Positions 25,441 to 39,269 of a stretch of DNA of 64,000 nucleotides are shown here, one piece after another (the first letter of the stretch is position 1; each line of letters begins with the position of its first letter). The notes beneath the pieces were generated by a model that did not search any database, had not been told where the DNA came from, and saw only the letters and a list, made by a program, of their open reading frames with translations. The stretch spans positions 37,448,001 to 37,512,000 of the forward strand of contig OX597840.1 in the NCBI GenBank assembly GCA_951406725.2, given 5' to 3'. The translations under genes and the position numbers were made by a program. The stretch is from Octopus vulgaris (taxonomy: Eukaryota).

Positions 25441-26639
25441 ATTTCTATGTATGTATATATAATACTTCATACAAAATATTCATAAGCAAAGTGAAGCATA
25501 TATATATATATATAAACAAAACAAAGGAAAATATATCTTTCAAAATCATTTCGCTATGAGAATATTTCGTCAGCGTACATAATTTTCAGTAATTTGGTCA
25601 ACCAGGTAAAAATTGAAGGAAAAACACTGGAATGATTGTGCATACACGCCCGTACTCTCACCCTCTCTTACACACACACATGCTCACATCACGCACACAC
25701 ACTTATATATACACACATATATAGATAGATATGTGTATGTATATAATTATCTTTTTACTCCAATTCTCTCGGTTTTCTTTGATCTCGATACATATATATA
25801 TATATATATATATATACCTACCCGTTTCTCCCACCGAACCCCGCCACGTATGTACACCGACGTAGCGAAAAGTGTTGGTACATTTCTCTCCGCTTCTCTT
25901 TATGCATATATATGTAAGTATTGTTATCAAGGTACGCAGGCATTCAACACCTATTTACTCAGCCTTCCATTGGCATTTCACCAGACCAACTGCACAATGA
26001 TTGAACGTTCAAGGAAACGGATGTCATTATTTCTTATTTTCCATTTAGTCCACCTGCAGAGTTACAAAACCGAAACACTCATTACATGTGTATATTTACT
26101 TATAAACATTTATCTATCCATCTCTTTATCCATATATTTATCATTCTATCTACCTATCTATCTACCTGTCTATCTACCTATCTCCCTATCTATCTATCTA
26201 CCTATCTCCCTATATATCTATCTACCTATCTATGCATCTATCTATTTATCATTCTATCTACCTATCTAACTACCTATCTATCTATCTATCTACCCATCTG
26301 TCTGTCTGTCTGTCTGTATATCTATCTGTCTATCTGACTGTCTGTCAATTTGTCTATCTATCATCTACCTCTTTGTCTGTCTATTTATCTATCTATCTAT
26401 CTATTTAACTCTCTATCTATCCAGCCATTGATCAACCTACCTACCTACAAACACACATACATACGTAAGCCTAACGGCTTGAAAGTGCTCTCATGCTGTA
26501 TTTAAAATCGTGCGAAACAGATTTCATTTAACCAGATGCTCATCAGAACATCGCCTCAGGAGATACTTCCGCATTGACTAATGCATCACAACCAAATTTA
26601 AAGTACCCCACCCACGATGGATCAAAACGTTATCTATAC

Positions 26640-26684
<45 letters not shown>

Positions 26685-27904
26685 CATATGTGGGAACAGG
26701 ACGTCACAAAAAGTATACAACAAAAAAGTTCGAGGCACGAGTACATGGAACATAAATTACTCTTTCGGACAACGAAAGGCGCAGATTGGAAACTAAAGAA
26801 ACAAATATATATATATATATTTGTGTGTATGTGTGATGAAACGTTTTCGTGTGTATGTATGAATGTATGCATATGCGTGTATGCGTAAAGCTAGATGCTA
26901 GGAAGAGTGAGAGTGAAAGTCAAGAGGGAAGGATCTCACCTGTCCTCAAGAAAGACCATTTTGGCAAACTAACGCAATCATAGAATCGGGGAAGAATATA
27001 TTAGGAATTAGAAGTAAAAGCACCTCTTTCACTCTCTCTCTCTCTCTCTCCACCCACACGCACTCACATACACACACTGACATACAGGTGTGCATTTGGG
27101 CGAGTACATGTCAGGTAAATACACATATAATTTTATACAACAGTGTTTATACCTATGTGTGTGTATATATGTATAGGTAAATGTATATGCATACAGAGAG
27201 ACACACTGACACACATTTATAAAACTTGCTCCTGTATAAGATGTAACCTGGTATTAATAGCATTCCTTTCTCCTGCACTCATCGTTATCATCATCATCAT
27301 TATCATCATCCTCTTCGTCGTCGTCGTTATTATTGTTGCTAATAATGCAATAATTATTAACGTAATTTTTTTTATCGCCGTCGTTGTCATCATCATCATC
27401 ATAATCATCCATCTTGTTATTTTTTCTTTCTCCTGTGTTTTTGTTTTTGCTTCCTAAGCACGTAAGAGCTTTCCATAATGCCAGGATCTTTGGCTCCAGG
27501 TGTTCTCCATTTTCTTTGATGCCTCTCCACCCCTCGAGGCACCAACGATCAACATTTATATCTGTCATCAAACATCATTTTTTTTCATGCCTCCTCAGTC
27601 TTCTTTCTCCTCCCTCCTCCTCCTCCTCTTCTTCCTTTACTCCTACTTCCACTCGGCACTACTTTACTGTTGAACTCTCACACACAAACCTCTTAGAATC
27701 TTAACAGTTACAATATCACAACGATGAACTAGTTACTGCTGCCGATGGTGTCGGCATCGGTTGGAGGTAATGATGATGATGATGATGATAATGAGCAATG
27801 ACTTGTTGATGCTGAATGCGATTGCTGTTGTTGTTCTTGATATACTTCTTCTCATCATCATCATCATGATCATGATCATCATCATCGTCGTCGTCATCAT
27901 CATT

Positions 27905-28050
27905 ACTATTATTAGTTTTAGTTTTGCTTTAATCTATACAAGTTGCACCGACGTCTCACCCAGAGACCCCAAAAGGTGCAACAGTGTTTTGCATGTGAAA
28001 ATATTAACAAGTAGGGTGCCACGCAGTTAAAAACTCTGAAGTAAAAGCAA
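27905..28050 (-). mobile_element. Possible 3' UTR remnant of a (TAA)n-associated non-LTR element
   Basis: Minus strand GGTCTCTGGGTGAGAC...AAAACTAATAATAG runs into TAA/TGA repeats. The assignment is from recall only. Confidence 0.3.
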
Positions 28051-28235
28051 AACAGAGTCATGTTGCATTAGCAATAATAATAATACAGATTATTATTATT
28101 ATTATTGTTATTATATTTATTGTTATTATTATTATTATTGTTATTATTATTATTATTGTTATCATTGTTATTATTATTATTATTGTTATAATTATTATTG
28201 TTATTATTATTATTATTGTTATTATTATTATTATT

Positions 28236-28640
28236 AAGGCGGTGAACTGGCAGATTTGCACGCAGGAAAAAAATGATTACCGGCATTTCATCCGTCTTTA
28301 CGTTCGGAGTTCAAATTCTGCCGAGGTCGACTTTGCTTTGCATTCTTTCGTAGTAGATAAAATAAGTACCAGTAAAACACTGGGGTAGATGTAATCAACT
28401 CATCCCCTCCCTCCAAAGTGCTACCGTTGTGGCAAAATTTGACACCATTATTAAGGCGGTGAGCTGGCAGATTCGTTAGCACTCGGTGAAAAATGCCTAC
28501 CGGAATTTCGTCCGTCGTCTTTCAGTTGCCATTTATCTTTCGGAGTCGATAAAATAAAATGTCAGTCAAGAGATTAGGTCGATGAAATTCGACAAACCCT
28601 TTTCCCCCAAATTCCAGGTAGTATTGTGCATGTAGTAGAC
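28236..28640 (+). mobile_element. Two head-to-tail SINE family B copies in an (ATT)n tract
   Basis: Both start ATTATTAAGGCGGTGA.CTGGCAGATT (28236 and 28452). The second has an internal deletion. Confidence 0.85.
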
Positions 28641-28929
28641 GCGATTATTAATATTGTTATGAAGAGTGATTGGAAGGTGGTGATGATGATGACGACGACG
28701 AGGAGGAAGAGGAGGATGATGACGACGAGGATTACAATGATGATGACCCGTATCGCCGTCATCATTGTCATCGTCGTTATTGCCACGAAGTTCTTGAACT
28801 AAATGGAAATCCTGACGTCTATTTTCGATGTGATAAATACACCTGTTTCACGCGCACCATTCCATTTCATATCGTTGCAAAAATAGTGTTTTCTTATATT
28901 TGCACAAACCCAACAATTTTGAGGATGCA

Positions 28930-29080
28930 AGTCGGTTTCAGTACTTGGTACGTTATTTTATCGAACACTAAATAACGAAAGGCAAAGTTAACCTCGGAAA
29001 GAATTTGAGCTTAGAATGGAAAAATGGAAGGAATGGCACTAAACATTCAATCCGGTGCGTTAAAGATTCTGCCAACTCGT
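28930..29080 (-). mobile_element. SINE family B, degenerate
   Basis: GAAAGGCAAAGTTAACCTCGGAAAGAATTTGAGCTTAGAA...GATTCTGCCAACTCG on +. Confidence 0.7.
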
Positions 29081-29809
29081 GACAAAGAACATAACGTATG
29101 AAACAAACGGGTTTTCACTACCAAGTCCCCAAAACCCGCCGGACGTTAAATGCAGTACGACCCTCGACACTGGAAATACATTCTCTCTCAAAATAAAAAA
29201 AAACAGAGCGATGATACAACACACGGACAGACTAACAGACAGACAGTGGAAGAACTTGGCCTGTAGTTGTCAGGTTCCACATCTGATGCAAATAGGATGA
29301 AAGGAATCGAAATAAACCAATCAAGTGGAAGATTGTAAGTAACATAGTTCGGTGAGTCGCACTTTCCAAGTCAGGTTGCTGCTGCCGATGCTACCGCTGC
29401 TGCTCCGACTGCTGGTTTTGCTTTTACTGGATGTTGTTTTTGTATACCTTGCAATTTTTTTTTGTATTTGATGTCGTTTTTTCTTCGGTGTTGAGTGTTG
29501 CTTTTATTTTTTAGTAGAAATTGTCGATGTTGTTGTTGTTGTTGTGTGTTTTATTTAGTTCTTTGTTTATTGCTGTAGCTGTCCCCGTTGATCTTGTTTA
29601 TGTTGTTCTCGTTGTTGCTGCTGTTGTTATTGTGTTTTGTAGTTTGTTGTTGCTGTTGTTATATCAGAGGATATGGTTGAGAAAACATTTATTGTGAAAC
29701 GCGCAGCGGGCTGGGGCGTGGGGTGGGCTTCGGTTTAAAGGAAGAAAGGAATTTTTCAATATTATCTTTAAAAAAGATATATATATAAATATATATATAT
29801 ATTGATGGC

Positions 29810-31600
29810 AACAGAGAAAGCGAAGGAGGGAGCAAATGAAAAGAAGTAGAGCTCGAGAGAGAGAGAGAGAGAGAAGGACAAAGAGAGAGAGAGAGAGAAG
29901 GACACAGAGAGAGATAGAGAAGGAAAAAAGGGAAGGACAAAGAGAGAGAGAGAAGGAAAAAAGGGAAGGACAAAGAGAGAGAGAGAAGAAAAAAAGGGAA
30001 GGACAAAGAGAGAGAGAGAGAGGGAAAGAAGGACAAAGAGAGAGAGAGAAAGAAGGACAAAGAGAGAGTGAGAGAGAGAGAGGAGAGAAATTTGAGAGGG
30101 ATGAAATGAGAGATATAAAAGTATGAAGGAGAAAGAAAAATGAGGTGGGATAGAAGAAGTGGGTGGGGTGGGGAGAAAAAAATTTTTATTAAAGGATAAA
30201 AATGAAATTAATTTCGTAAGTGAACCGAACGAAACCCCAAATGAACCAAAACGAACTGAAAGAAAGAATATAAAGAGAATTAGAAGGAAGTAGGAGAGAA
30301 GGAGAAAGGGAAAGAAAATGCAAAGGAAGAAGGCGAGGAAAAGGAGCAATGGAGGGAAGTACAGAAGAGTGAGAAGAAAAAAAATGAAAGAAAAATAAAT
30401 AAGATTGAAATAAATTGTGACTGAAGGTAAATGAAATAAAAGGGGAAATAGCAATGAAAGAGAAAGGAAGAAAAAAGCAATAGAAAAAAAGAGTATACAA
30501 AAGTCGGAATGAAGTATATGATAAAAGAACAAGAAGGAAGGAAATGTGGGAAAGAGTTTTAATGAAGATTGACAAAGAAAGGTAAATATAGAATGGAAGG
30601 AATGAAAGAAGAGAAAAAGGAGGAAATGAATAAATGATGAAGTTAGAATGAAGAGGAGTGGATAAAAGAGACTGAAGAAAGAGAAGGGGCAGAATGAAAT
30701 GGGAGAAAAATAGAATAAGTACCGGGAAGAACGGAGAAAACATTCAAAGGAAGGAGAGAAAAATGAGAAAAAAAATTGAAATAGGCTGAGAATGAATAGA
30801 AAAATTAAGGAAGAAGACGAAGCGGAGAAATAAAGGAAGGCGGGGGTGGAGGGGGAGTGAAAAGAAAGAAGGAAATTCAAAAAGACGGGAAAAATATAAA
30901 GGATAGAAGAAGTAAAAGAAGAAATGAAGAAAAAAATATATGGCGAAAAATATCAAGGATAGAAGAAGAAGTAAAAGAAGGAATGAAGAAAAAATATATG
31001 GCAAAAGATTGTGAAAAATGTAGAGAAGATGGCGCCATAAAAATGGAAGAAAAGGATTCGAAGAAGAATTGCAATGAAGTGAGGAGAAGTCAAAATGGCG
31101 AGTCTCTTTGAGACTTGAAATAAGAAGCGCAACGTTTAGAAATATAATTCTTGGTTTAGTTTTTTAAAGAATATAAATATAACAAGGAAAATATGGTTTT
31201 TTTTTCAAGAACGAAATCAAAAGAAAAAGAAAAAAAAAGGACAAAAAGCAAATAAGAAGAAACGTTTGAGGATTTTTGTTCAAATGTAAAGGAAAGAAAA
31301 AAGTAAAAATAAATGGAGAAATAAATAAATAAATAAATGGGTGGAAAACATGGAAAATGGGACGACGACGACAATAGCAAGAAGAACAATATCAGAGAGC
31401 TAAGACCAGAAACAGCTGAAGGAGAAGAAGAAGAAGAAAAAAAAGAAGAAGAAGAAGGAAGAGAGGAAAAAGAAGAAAAAGAAGGAGAAGAAAAAGAGAA
31501 AACAGAAGAAGGAGAGGAAAAAGGAGAAGAAGAAAAATGAGAATGAGAAGAAGAAGAAGAAAGAGAAGAAGAAGAAGTGGGGGATAGAACATCAATGAAA
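29810..31600. repeat. Purine-rich (A/G) tract of about 1.8 kb with internal minisatellites
   Basis: Almost pure purine on +. GAAGGACAAA(GA)n units at 29870-30070 and a tandem duplication of about 56 bp at 30890-31005. Confidence 0.9.
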
Positions 31601-31639
31601 AACGATAAGAAAAGACGCTCGCTCCGAAAAGTGTTTTGC

Positions 31640-31742
31640 AATGGCGAATGCGGTTAAGACGCTTGCTTTGCAATCACGAGGTTACAGGTTCAATCCCATT
31701 GGGCGGAATGTGGAGGCCGGAAACTGAAAGAAGCTCGTAATA
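31640..31742 (+). mobile_element. Internally deleted SINE family C-related copy
   Basis: tRNA-like head (TGGCGAATGCGGTTAAG...GGTTCAATCCC) fused to GGAAACTGAAAGAAGCTCGT and a microsatellite. Confidence 0.65.
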
Positions 31743-31762
31743 TACACAGGCACACACACATA

Positions 31763-31798
<36 letters not shown>

Positions 31799-31820
31799 TG
31801 TATATACATATACATATGTA

Positions 31821-31863
<43 letters not shown>

Positions 31864-32066
31864 ATGTACATCAGTATATACTAATGTGCGTAATGTACGT
31901 ATGTTTATATGTATGTATATGTATATACATATAAACATATATGCATGCATATTCTATATTCACATATATAAATGTGTATATATATGTCTAAATATATCTT
32001 TATAAATGTATGTGAATATATGTATAATATACATATATATATATCATATATATAATAGATATGCTA

Positions 32067-32121
<55 letters not shown>

Positions 32122-32807
32122 AATATATAATGCTACGCACATATACGCATAATCTGTGTATATGAGTTTAGTGTGTGTGTATGTGCGTGTGTCTGTTTTT
32201 AGATATTTCTTTATGTGCGTATAGAAATAGAATGACACATGGATAGAGATCGCGGAATACAGTGATACGCTTAATCATAGATATGGATACGGTCATAAGA
32301 TACCAAAATGCATATAAGAGATATATACTATAGGAATGAGAGAGAGAGAGAGAAAGAGGGAGAGAGTTAAATAGAGATTGGAGGTGGGGAGAGGGTGACG
32401 TGACGTGATAAAAATATCAGCTTTAAAGACTATAAAAGAGATATAAAATGAGATATATTGCCGTACGGATAAAGAACTGCACAGAAAAAGAGGATAAAGC
32501 GATGGAGTTTAAAGACTTCAACAAGGAAATTATCAAAGAGGAATTCGTATTTAAAGATGGAAAGATGAGTCGAAACGTATGAATGTGTGTGTGTGTGTGT
32601 GTGTAAGTGGGGGGTGCATGCGTATTTGTGCTTGTCTATGGGTTGCAATTATACATATATATATGCATATACATATATATGCACACACACACACGTATAT
32701 ATATATATGTACATACACATATATGTTGGTGTATAATAATATCGGAAAAGATGTAAAAAAATGATTAAATGGCAGCCACTCATAAGGTGTCAATATCTTC
32801 TGTCATA

Positions 32808-32841
<34 letters not shown>

Positions 32842-33151
32842 ATACAGACACATACACATACACAAACACACACATATATATATGCAAACATACGCACACA
32901 CATATATACATATACATATATATATATATATACATACATATATTTACACATATGTTTATATACACACCAACCATCACACACACACACACACACACATACA
33001 CACACACATATACACACAAACACACACACACCTACACATACACACACACATATATACACACACACACATATATATACACACACACACACATATATACACA
33101 CACACACATATATACACACACACACATATATATACACACACACACATATAT

Positions 33152-33202
<51 letters not shown>

Positions 33203-33487
33203 CCTTCTCTGTATATTGCAAACGTATTTTTTCTCCTCCGAAATGACGAGTACTTCATACTCGCGGCTCCGATGAAACGATAGGATGTTATTTCGGACTC
33301 AACCAACAGTTTTTTGCATCGAGGACCGGAAACAGCTGTAAGCTAATGAACTTCATAATACAATCTTTTCCGGTGTTGTCTCGTTTTCACATTACTGCTC
33401 TAATTTAACATTTTGTTCTAAAACATTCTTTTTTTAATTAGAGCAGTAATACCCCAGTGGAATATAAATACTATTTATTTTCTTCTT

Positions 33488-33743
33488 ACTCCTTTACTTG
33501 TTTCAGTCATTTGACTGTGGCCATGCTGGTGCACCGCATTTAGTCAAGCTAAATGACCCCAGACCATATTCTTTGTAAGCCTAATACTTATCCTATTTGT
33601 TTCTTTAGCCGAACTGCTGAGATACGGGGACGTAAACACACCACCATCGGTTGTCAAGCGATGTTTGGGGGACAAACACAGACACACAAACATATACACA
33701 CACATACATATATATATATATATGATATACATATATGATATAC

Positions 33744-33776
<33 letters not shown>

Positions 33777-33900
33777 CATATATGGTCGGTCCGAGGCTAT
33801 AGTAGAAGACACTTGCCCAAGGTGCCACGCAGTGGGACTGAACCCGGAACCATGTGGTAGGTGAGCAAGCTAGTTACCACACAGCCACTCCTACGCCTAT
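33488..33900 (-). mobile_element. SINE family C
   Basis: Reverse-complement copy with a small deletion next to its internal microsatellite. Confidence 0.95.
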
Positions 33901-34564
33901 AATTTTTGCATCGTGGATCGGAAACAGCTGGAAGCTAATGAAGTTCATTATATAATATTTTCCGGTGTTGTTTCGTATTCAGATTACTGCTCTATACTTA
34001 TTTAACACTTTGTTCTAAAACATTCTAAAGCATAAATACATATAAATACATTAGCTTTACATGAAATTTGCCTACTTTTATTTTTAAAAAATGCTTCTGT
34101 ATTTCTTCCTGTAACTTCTTCCTTCGATATTTTCTTTCTTCTCTCTCATCCAAAACTCTCCTTCACATCTCTTGCGTTCTTTGAATCATTAAAATTTTGA
34201 TACTCAGTTGAAACACAATCTTTAAAACATTTTCACCCCTTTCAGAATGACTATCAACTTAAATGGACAGAATGAAATTTATCTAATTCCTTCATTGTTA
34301 CTTAAACAGCAATTTCTTATCGTTAATTTTCGAAAACAATTGATTTAGTTTTCGTTCGTCATTAGAAGGGAGTGATTCCAATTTATTGACTCATGGTTCC
34401 CGCCTCATACATTCCTTCTCCAAAATGAAATGAGTTCGGCAACATTTTCTCTGAGATTCTCATCGCACTTGAGTACTAACGGATTTTAGGAGTTTCTTCA
34501 GGACCGAAAAGGATCTGTTTTTTACAGGAAATACTTGGGGAACAGCATATCTTTTATTTTGTAT

Positions 34565-34792
34565 TTCTTACTTGCTTCAGACATTAAACCACAGCCATGC
34601 TGGGGCACCATCGTGAAGAATTTTTTTTTAGTCGAATGAATCGATTGCAATGTTTAATTTTGAAAAAGACTTGTTACTTATTCAGCTGGTGTAAGAGGGC
34701 CTAACCGCTACGTTATAGGACGTAAACACCCAACAACAGTTGTCAAGAAGTTATGGGGAACAACCATAAATACAAACATACACACGCGTATG

Positions 34793-34830
<38 letters not shown>

Positions 34831-34968
34831 ACGGGCTTCTTTCAGTTTCCTGGTACCAAATCCACTCACAAGGCTTTGATCGGCCCGTGGCCATAGTAGA
34901 AGGCACTTGCGCAAGGAAACACGTGGTTGTGAAATAAACTTCTTACCCCACAGTCACGTCTGCGTCTG
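34565..34968 (-). mobile_element. SINE family C, older copy
   Basis: GACGGGCTTCTTTCAGTTTCC..CCAAATCCACTCACAAGGCTTTG on +, with both head and tail recognisable. Confidence 0.85.
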
Positions 34969-35525
34969 TATAAATAACGCTGTTAGATGCATTAATAATT
35001 AAATACTTCGCACTTAATCTAATGTGAGTTTCCTTAAATCATGTCCGCACAGAAAACACAGCACACATAAAAGCAGGCATACACACAAATACACACATAT
35101 ACACTCACACATACACAACACACAAACATAGACACGCACGACTTTTGGCATTGGATACCTGCCACACAAAAGCAACAACTTCAAGTGCTCAGTCGATCGT
35201 AATCCAATTCCTGTTGAAAAAGTCTGATTTTCATTTTGTTGAAATGCTAAATATATTTTGCCTTACAAATGCTGATTCCGTTTTTTCAAACGAAAACTGT
35301 TTTATGTAACAAAAGACAGGCACGTCCCCATACATACATACACACATACATACGTATGAACGAAAGATTGTATATACACGTACGCACACAAGCCTACTCC
35401 CAAACATATATATACACACACACACATGTATATATATATATATATATATATATATTAAGCATACACATTAAAATACATATATTCACCCCGCCACACATAT
35501 TTGCTTACGCATATATGTATATGTA

Positions 35526-35570
<45 letters not shown>

Positions 35571-36085
35571 TTATATATATATGAGGGCTCCTGTATACTG
35601 TCCGTCTATGAAATTCCTCTCAGATATTATTGGTGTAATAGAGTGTAAGGTAGGAAGCACTTGCACTGTGCCTCATACATACATACAAGTATGCATAGAT
35701 ACGTACATACATTAGATATATATATATTACATATATTTATATATGTGTAAATACATTTTTTATATGTATTCATGTACATTATATATATATATATATATAT
35801 AAATATGTATATGTATATATATACATGTATATAGACATACATAGATTTGTATGTATATATACATGTATATACACATACAAATATTTATATGTACATATAT
35901 TGATATATATATATATGTATACATAGATACCTATATTTATATATACATATATATAAACATATCTATAGACATACATACAAAAATTTATATTTATATACAT
36001 ACATAAATTTATGTCTATATATATATGTATATATATATATATATATACATATATTTATATTTATATACATACATAAATTTAAGTC

Positions 36086-36117
<32 letters not shown>

Positions 36118-36133
36118 TACATAAATTTATGTC

Positions 36134-36167
<34 letters not shown>

Positions 36168-36317
36168 TACATACATATATTTATATCTATCTATCTATCT
36201 ATCTCTCTCTCTATATATATATACATACATATATTTATATCTATCTATCTATCTATCTCTCTATATATATATATACATACATACATATATATCTATCTAT
36301 CTCTCTCTCTCTCTCTG

Positions 36318-36364
<47 letters not shown>

Positions 36365-36945
36365 CATATATGTATATCTATCTATCTATCTATCTATATA
36401 TATATTTATATATATACCTACAAGCACACACACACACACACACACACTCACACATATCACCTATCACTTATTATTGCTGGAATTGCTTATCTATAATTTT
36501 TGTTTGCTTTTTGTCTTCTTTTTTCCGTTGTTTTTTTTTTTTTATATTTCCTGATATTTCGGTCGCAATGTGGAGATCAGAGATTGTGACACACCAAACA
36601 TGAAAGTGTCTCTCGGTAAAAACATACAAATCAAAGCAGCCACTCGGAGTAAGCGCTTATTTGATTTCTACACATATATATTTTTTTTGCGTTCCTGTTA
36701 TTTGAACAAAAAAAAGAACCCAAAGAGAATAGCAAAATGAACAGAGCAAATATATGTTTGGTGTTGTATAATGTGTATATATTTGTTATAGTATAATGTG
36801 CGGTGTGTATATTTGTAAATATACGTTGTTTTGTTACTTTGATGGAGACTCATTTTTCAGACAGACACACAGACACACCTAGACACTCTGGTTCACACAC
36901 ATAGACACAAGCACACGCATTCACACTTAGATACAACGTTCACAT

Positions 36946-37017
<72 letters not shown>

Positions 37018-38779
37018 GCACACACATAAACACTTATACACAAGTGACTAGACACACACATATATACACACAAGCATACTGATACATACTTAGACATGCT
37101 CAAACACACACATACACACACACACACACACACAAACAAACAGTATTATGAGCAAATGGTCGCACACATATACTCATCCGCACACGCGTACACACTTCAA
37201 CGCAAATGCTCACGCACATATAAATATCTACACATACATGCAGAAACACACATACAGACAGACACACACATACGTACACAGAGTCTTGCAGAGAAGAGAG
37301 TGATAGAGATGGTTTGAGGATGAGAGCGAGAGAGAGAGTGAGTGAGAGAGAGAGTTAAAGAGAGTAGGTAAGAAAGACAAAGAGAGTGTTACCCATGCCA
37401 TAGAGTGCGAAGCACGGAGTCACTTTAATGTGTGCACTTTGTTTTATGTGTATGGATGTATGCGTTGCAGAATGCATGTACGAACGGAAGAATGCCTGTT
37501 GTGTTGGTGTACAGAGGAATTTGTTTTTACTTTTTGTGTAGGAGGTTCTGTGCTCCAAGTTCTGTGCTGAATTGGTTCTGTGCGTGTATATGGATGTCTG
37601 TATATGGATGTAATCATATAAACGTCTGCAGAGGAAGATGTTTCCGTAATATTGTTTGTATGTATTGCAAGCAATGTGCTGTGCGTGGGGTGTTGGTTTA
37701 ATATGTGTCTGCTACATACTGGGGTCTGAAACATTGGGTGTATGTAGAAGAATCTGAGAATGTATGTTGCTATTTTGCGTGTGTGCCCGTATGTTGAAAT
37801 GTGTGTATAAATAGCAAAAGCTGCATTTTGAAGTCTGTGTGCGAGTAAAGGAAACGTGTGTAGAGTTAATTCCACATAGATGTATGGAGGTGTATATTTT
37901 CCAAGTGGTTGTACCGAAGAATGTGCGTGTTGATTGCTGAAGAGTGGAACGGTGCACATAAACATAGAATAAAGGTATGAGTGTATAATGATTTGTAGAA
38001 GGGTCAGTGTTTATAAAATAATTCGTAGCTTAAAAGAGACTGTGAGTGAGGGATATATGTGCAGAAACTGTCATTAGAGTTTCCCACCACCCTTTCCGTC
38101 TCCACAATTATTTCTCTATCTTTATTTATATTTCTCACTTTCTTCCTTATTACATCCACCCTACACACACACACACACACACACATAGCTTCTCTATATC
38201 TTCCTCTTTCTCATTCTTTCACTCTCTGTTATAGCGAACGATGTTTCGGATATTATTTCTTCATCGGATTTCGCACATGCTCCATTTATACATTCTTTTC
38301 TTAAAATAGCTTACTAAACGGAGATAGACAGCATCATAATTAATCCTGTATCATTAAGTCCCATCCATGTTCAAATCTTGTCGTGATATCCTTTGTTTTT
38401 CCTCGTTCTAGGGTTGATAAATTCTACAACTACTAATTCTTTGGCTCAGTTAAATCAACTGTCTTTCCTAAGTAATCGCATTACTGATTACTCTTGTTGA
38501 TACTGGAGAACAATATCTGGGTACGGGCTTGTACCTATGGTGATCAGGTCAACCCTGGATCACTGGGAATCCTTGGTTGGGCCTAAATGGGTTTTTTTTT
38601 CTCTATCATGCCGACTGGCTCACTCATTTTATCACACACTTCGCATACAACATATACTTTCATCGCCTTTGAATGTATTTTATGTAAACCGTCACACAAA
38701 TTATACATTATCTTTGAGATGTCCCTCGTTGTCTATATTCCTGAGGATAATTAAAAAAAGAAAATATTCAACATATTTC

Positions 38780-38938
38780 TCTAACTCCAAATTCTGCCGA
38801 AGTTGAATTTAACTTTCATTCTATCGGGATCGATGACATAAGTTTCTGGGCCGATAAATTAAGTACCAGTGAAACACTCAGGACGATGTAATCGACTAGT
38901 ACCCTCCCGAAATTTCAGGCATTGTGCTTATAGTACAA

Positions 38939-38971
<33 letters not shown>

Positions 38972-39175
38972 GGCAGAATTGTTAGAGCGCCGGAAGAAAT
39001 ACATCGTTTTATTTTGTCGGGCTTTTCCCGTTTTGAGTTCAACTCCCTCTAAAGTCCTCGTTGCTTGTCACTATTTCAAGGGCCCATGCATAAAAGTATT
39101 AGCTACGTAAATGCTTCAATATATACGCTAAAACCACTCGTTTCAAATTTACTGGCATTTTGCTGAAATTACAAG
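38780..39175 (+). mobile_element. Two degenerate SINE family B copies separated by (ATT)n
   Basis: GATAAATTAAGTACCAG and AATTTCAGGCATTGTGC motifs. A second head, TGGCAGAATTGTTAG, starts at 38971. Confidence 0.7.
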
Positions 39176-39269
39176 CAAGAATTTAAATTTATATCATCAT
39201 CATCATCATCATTATTACTATTGTTGTTGTTTTCGACACGACCACCACCATCATCATCATCATTATTTA

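Noticed and set aside
29768-30880. 370 aa Phe/Leu/Ser-rich ORF resembling a membrane protein
   Set aside because: It is the reverse complement of the polypurine tract, a compositional artefact.
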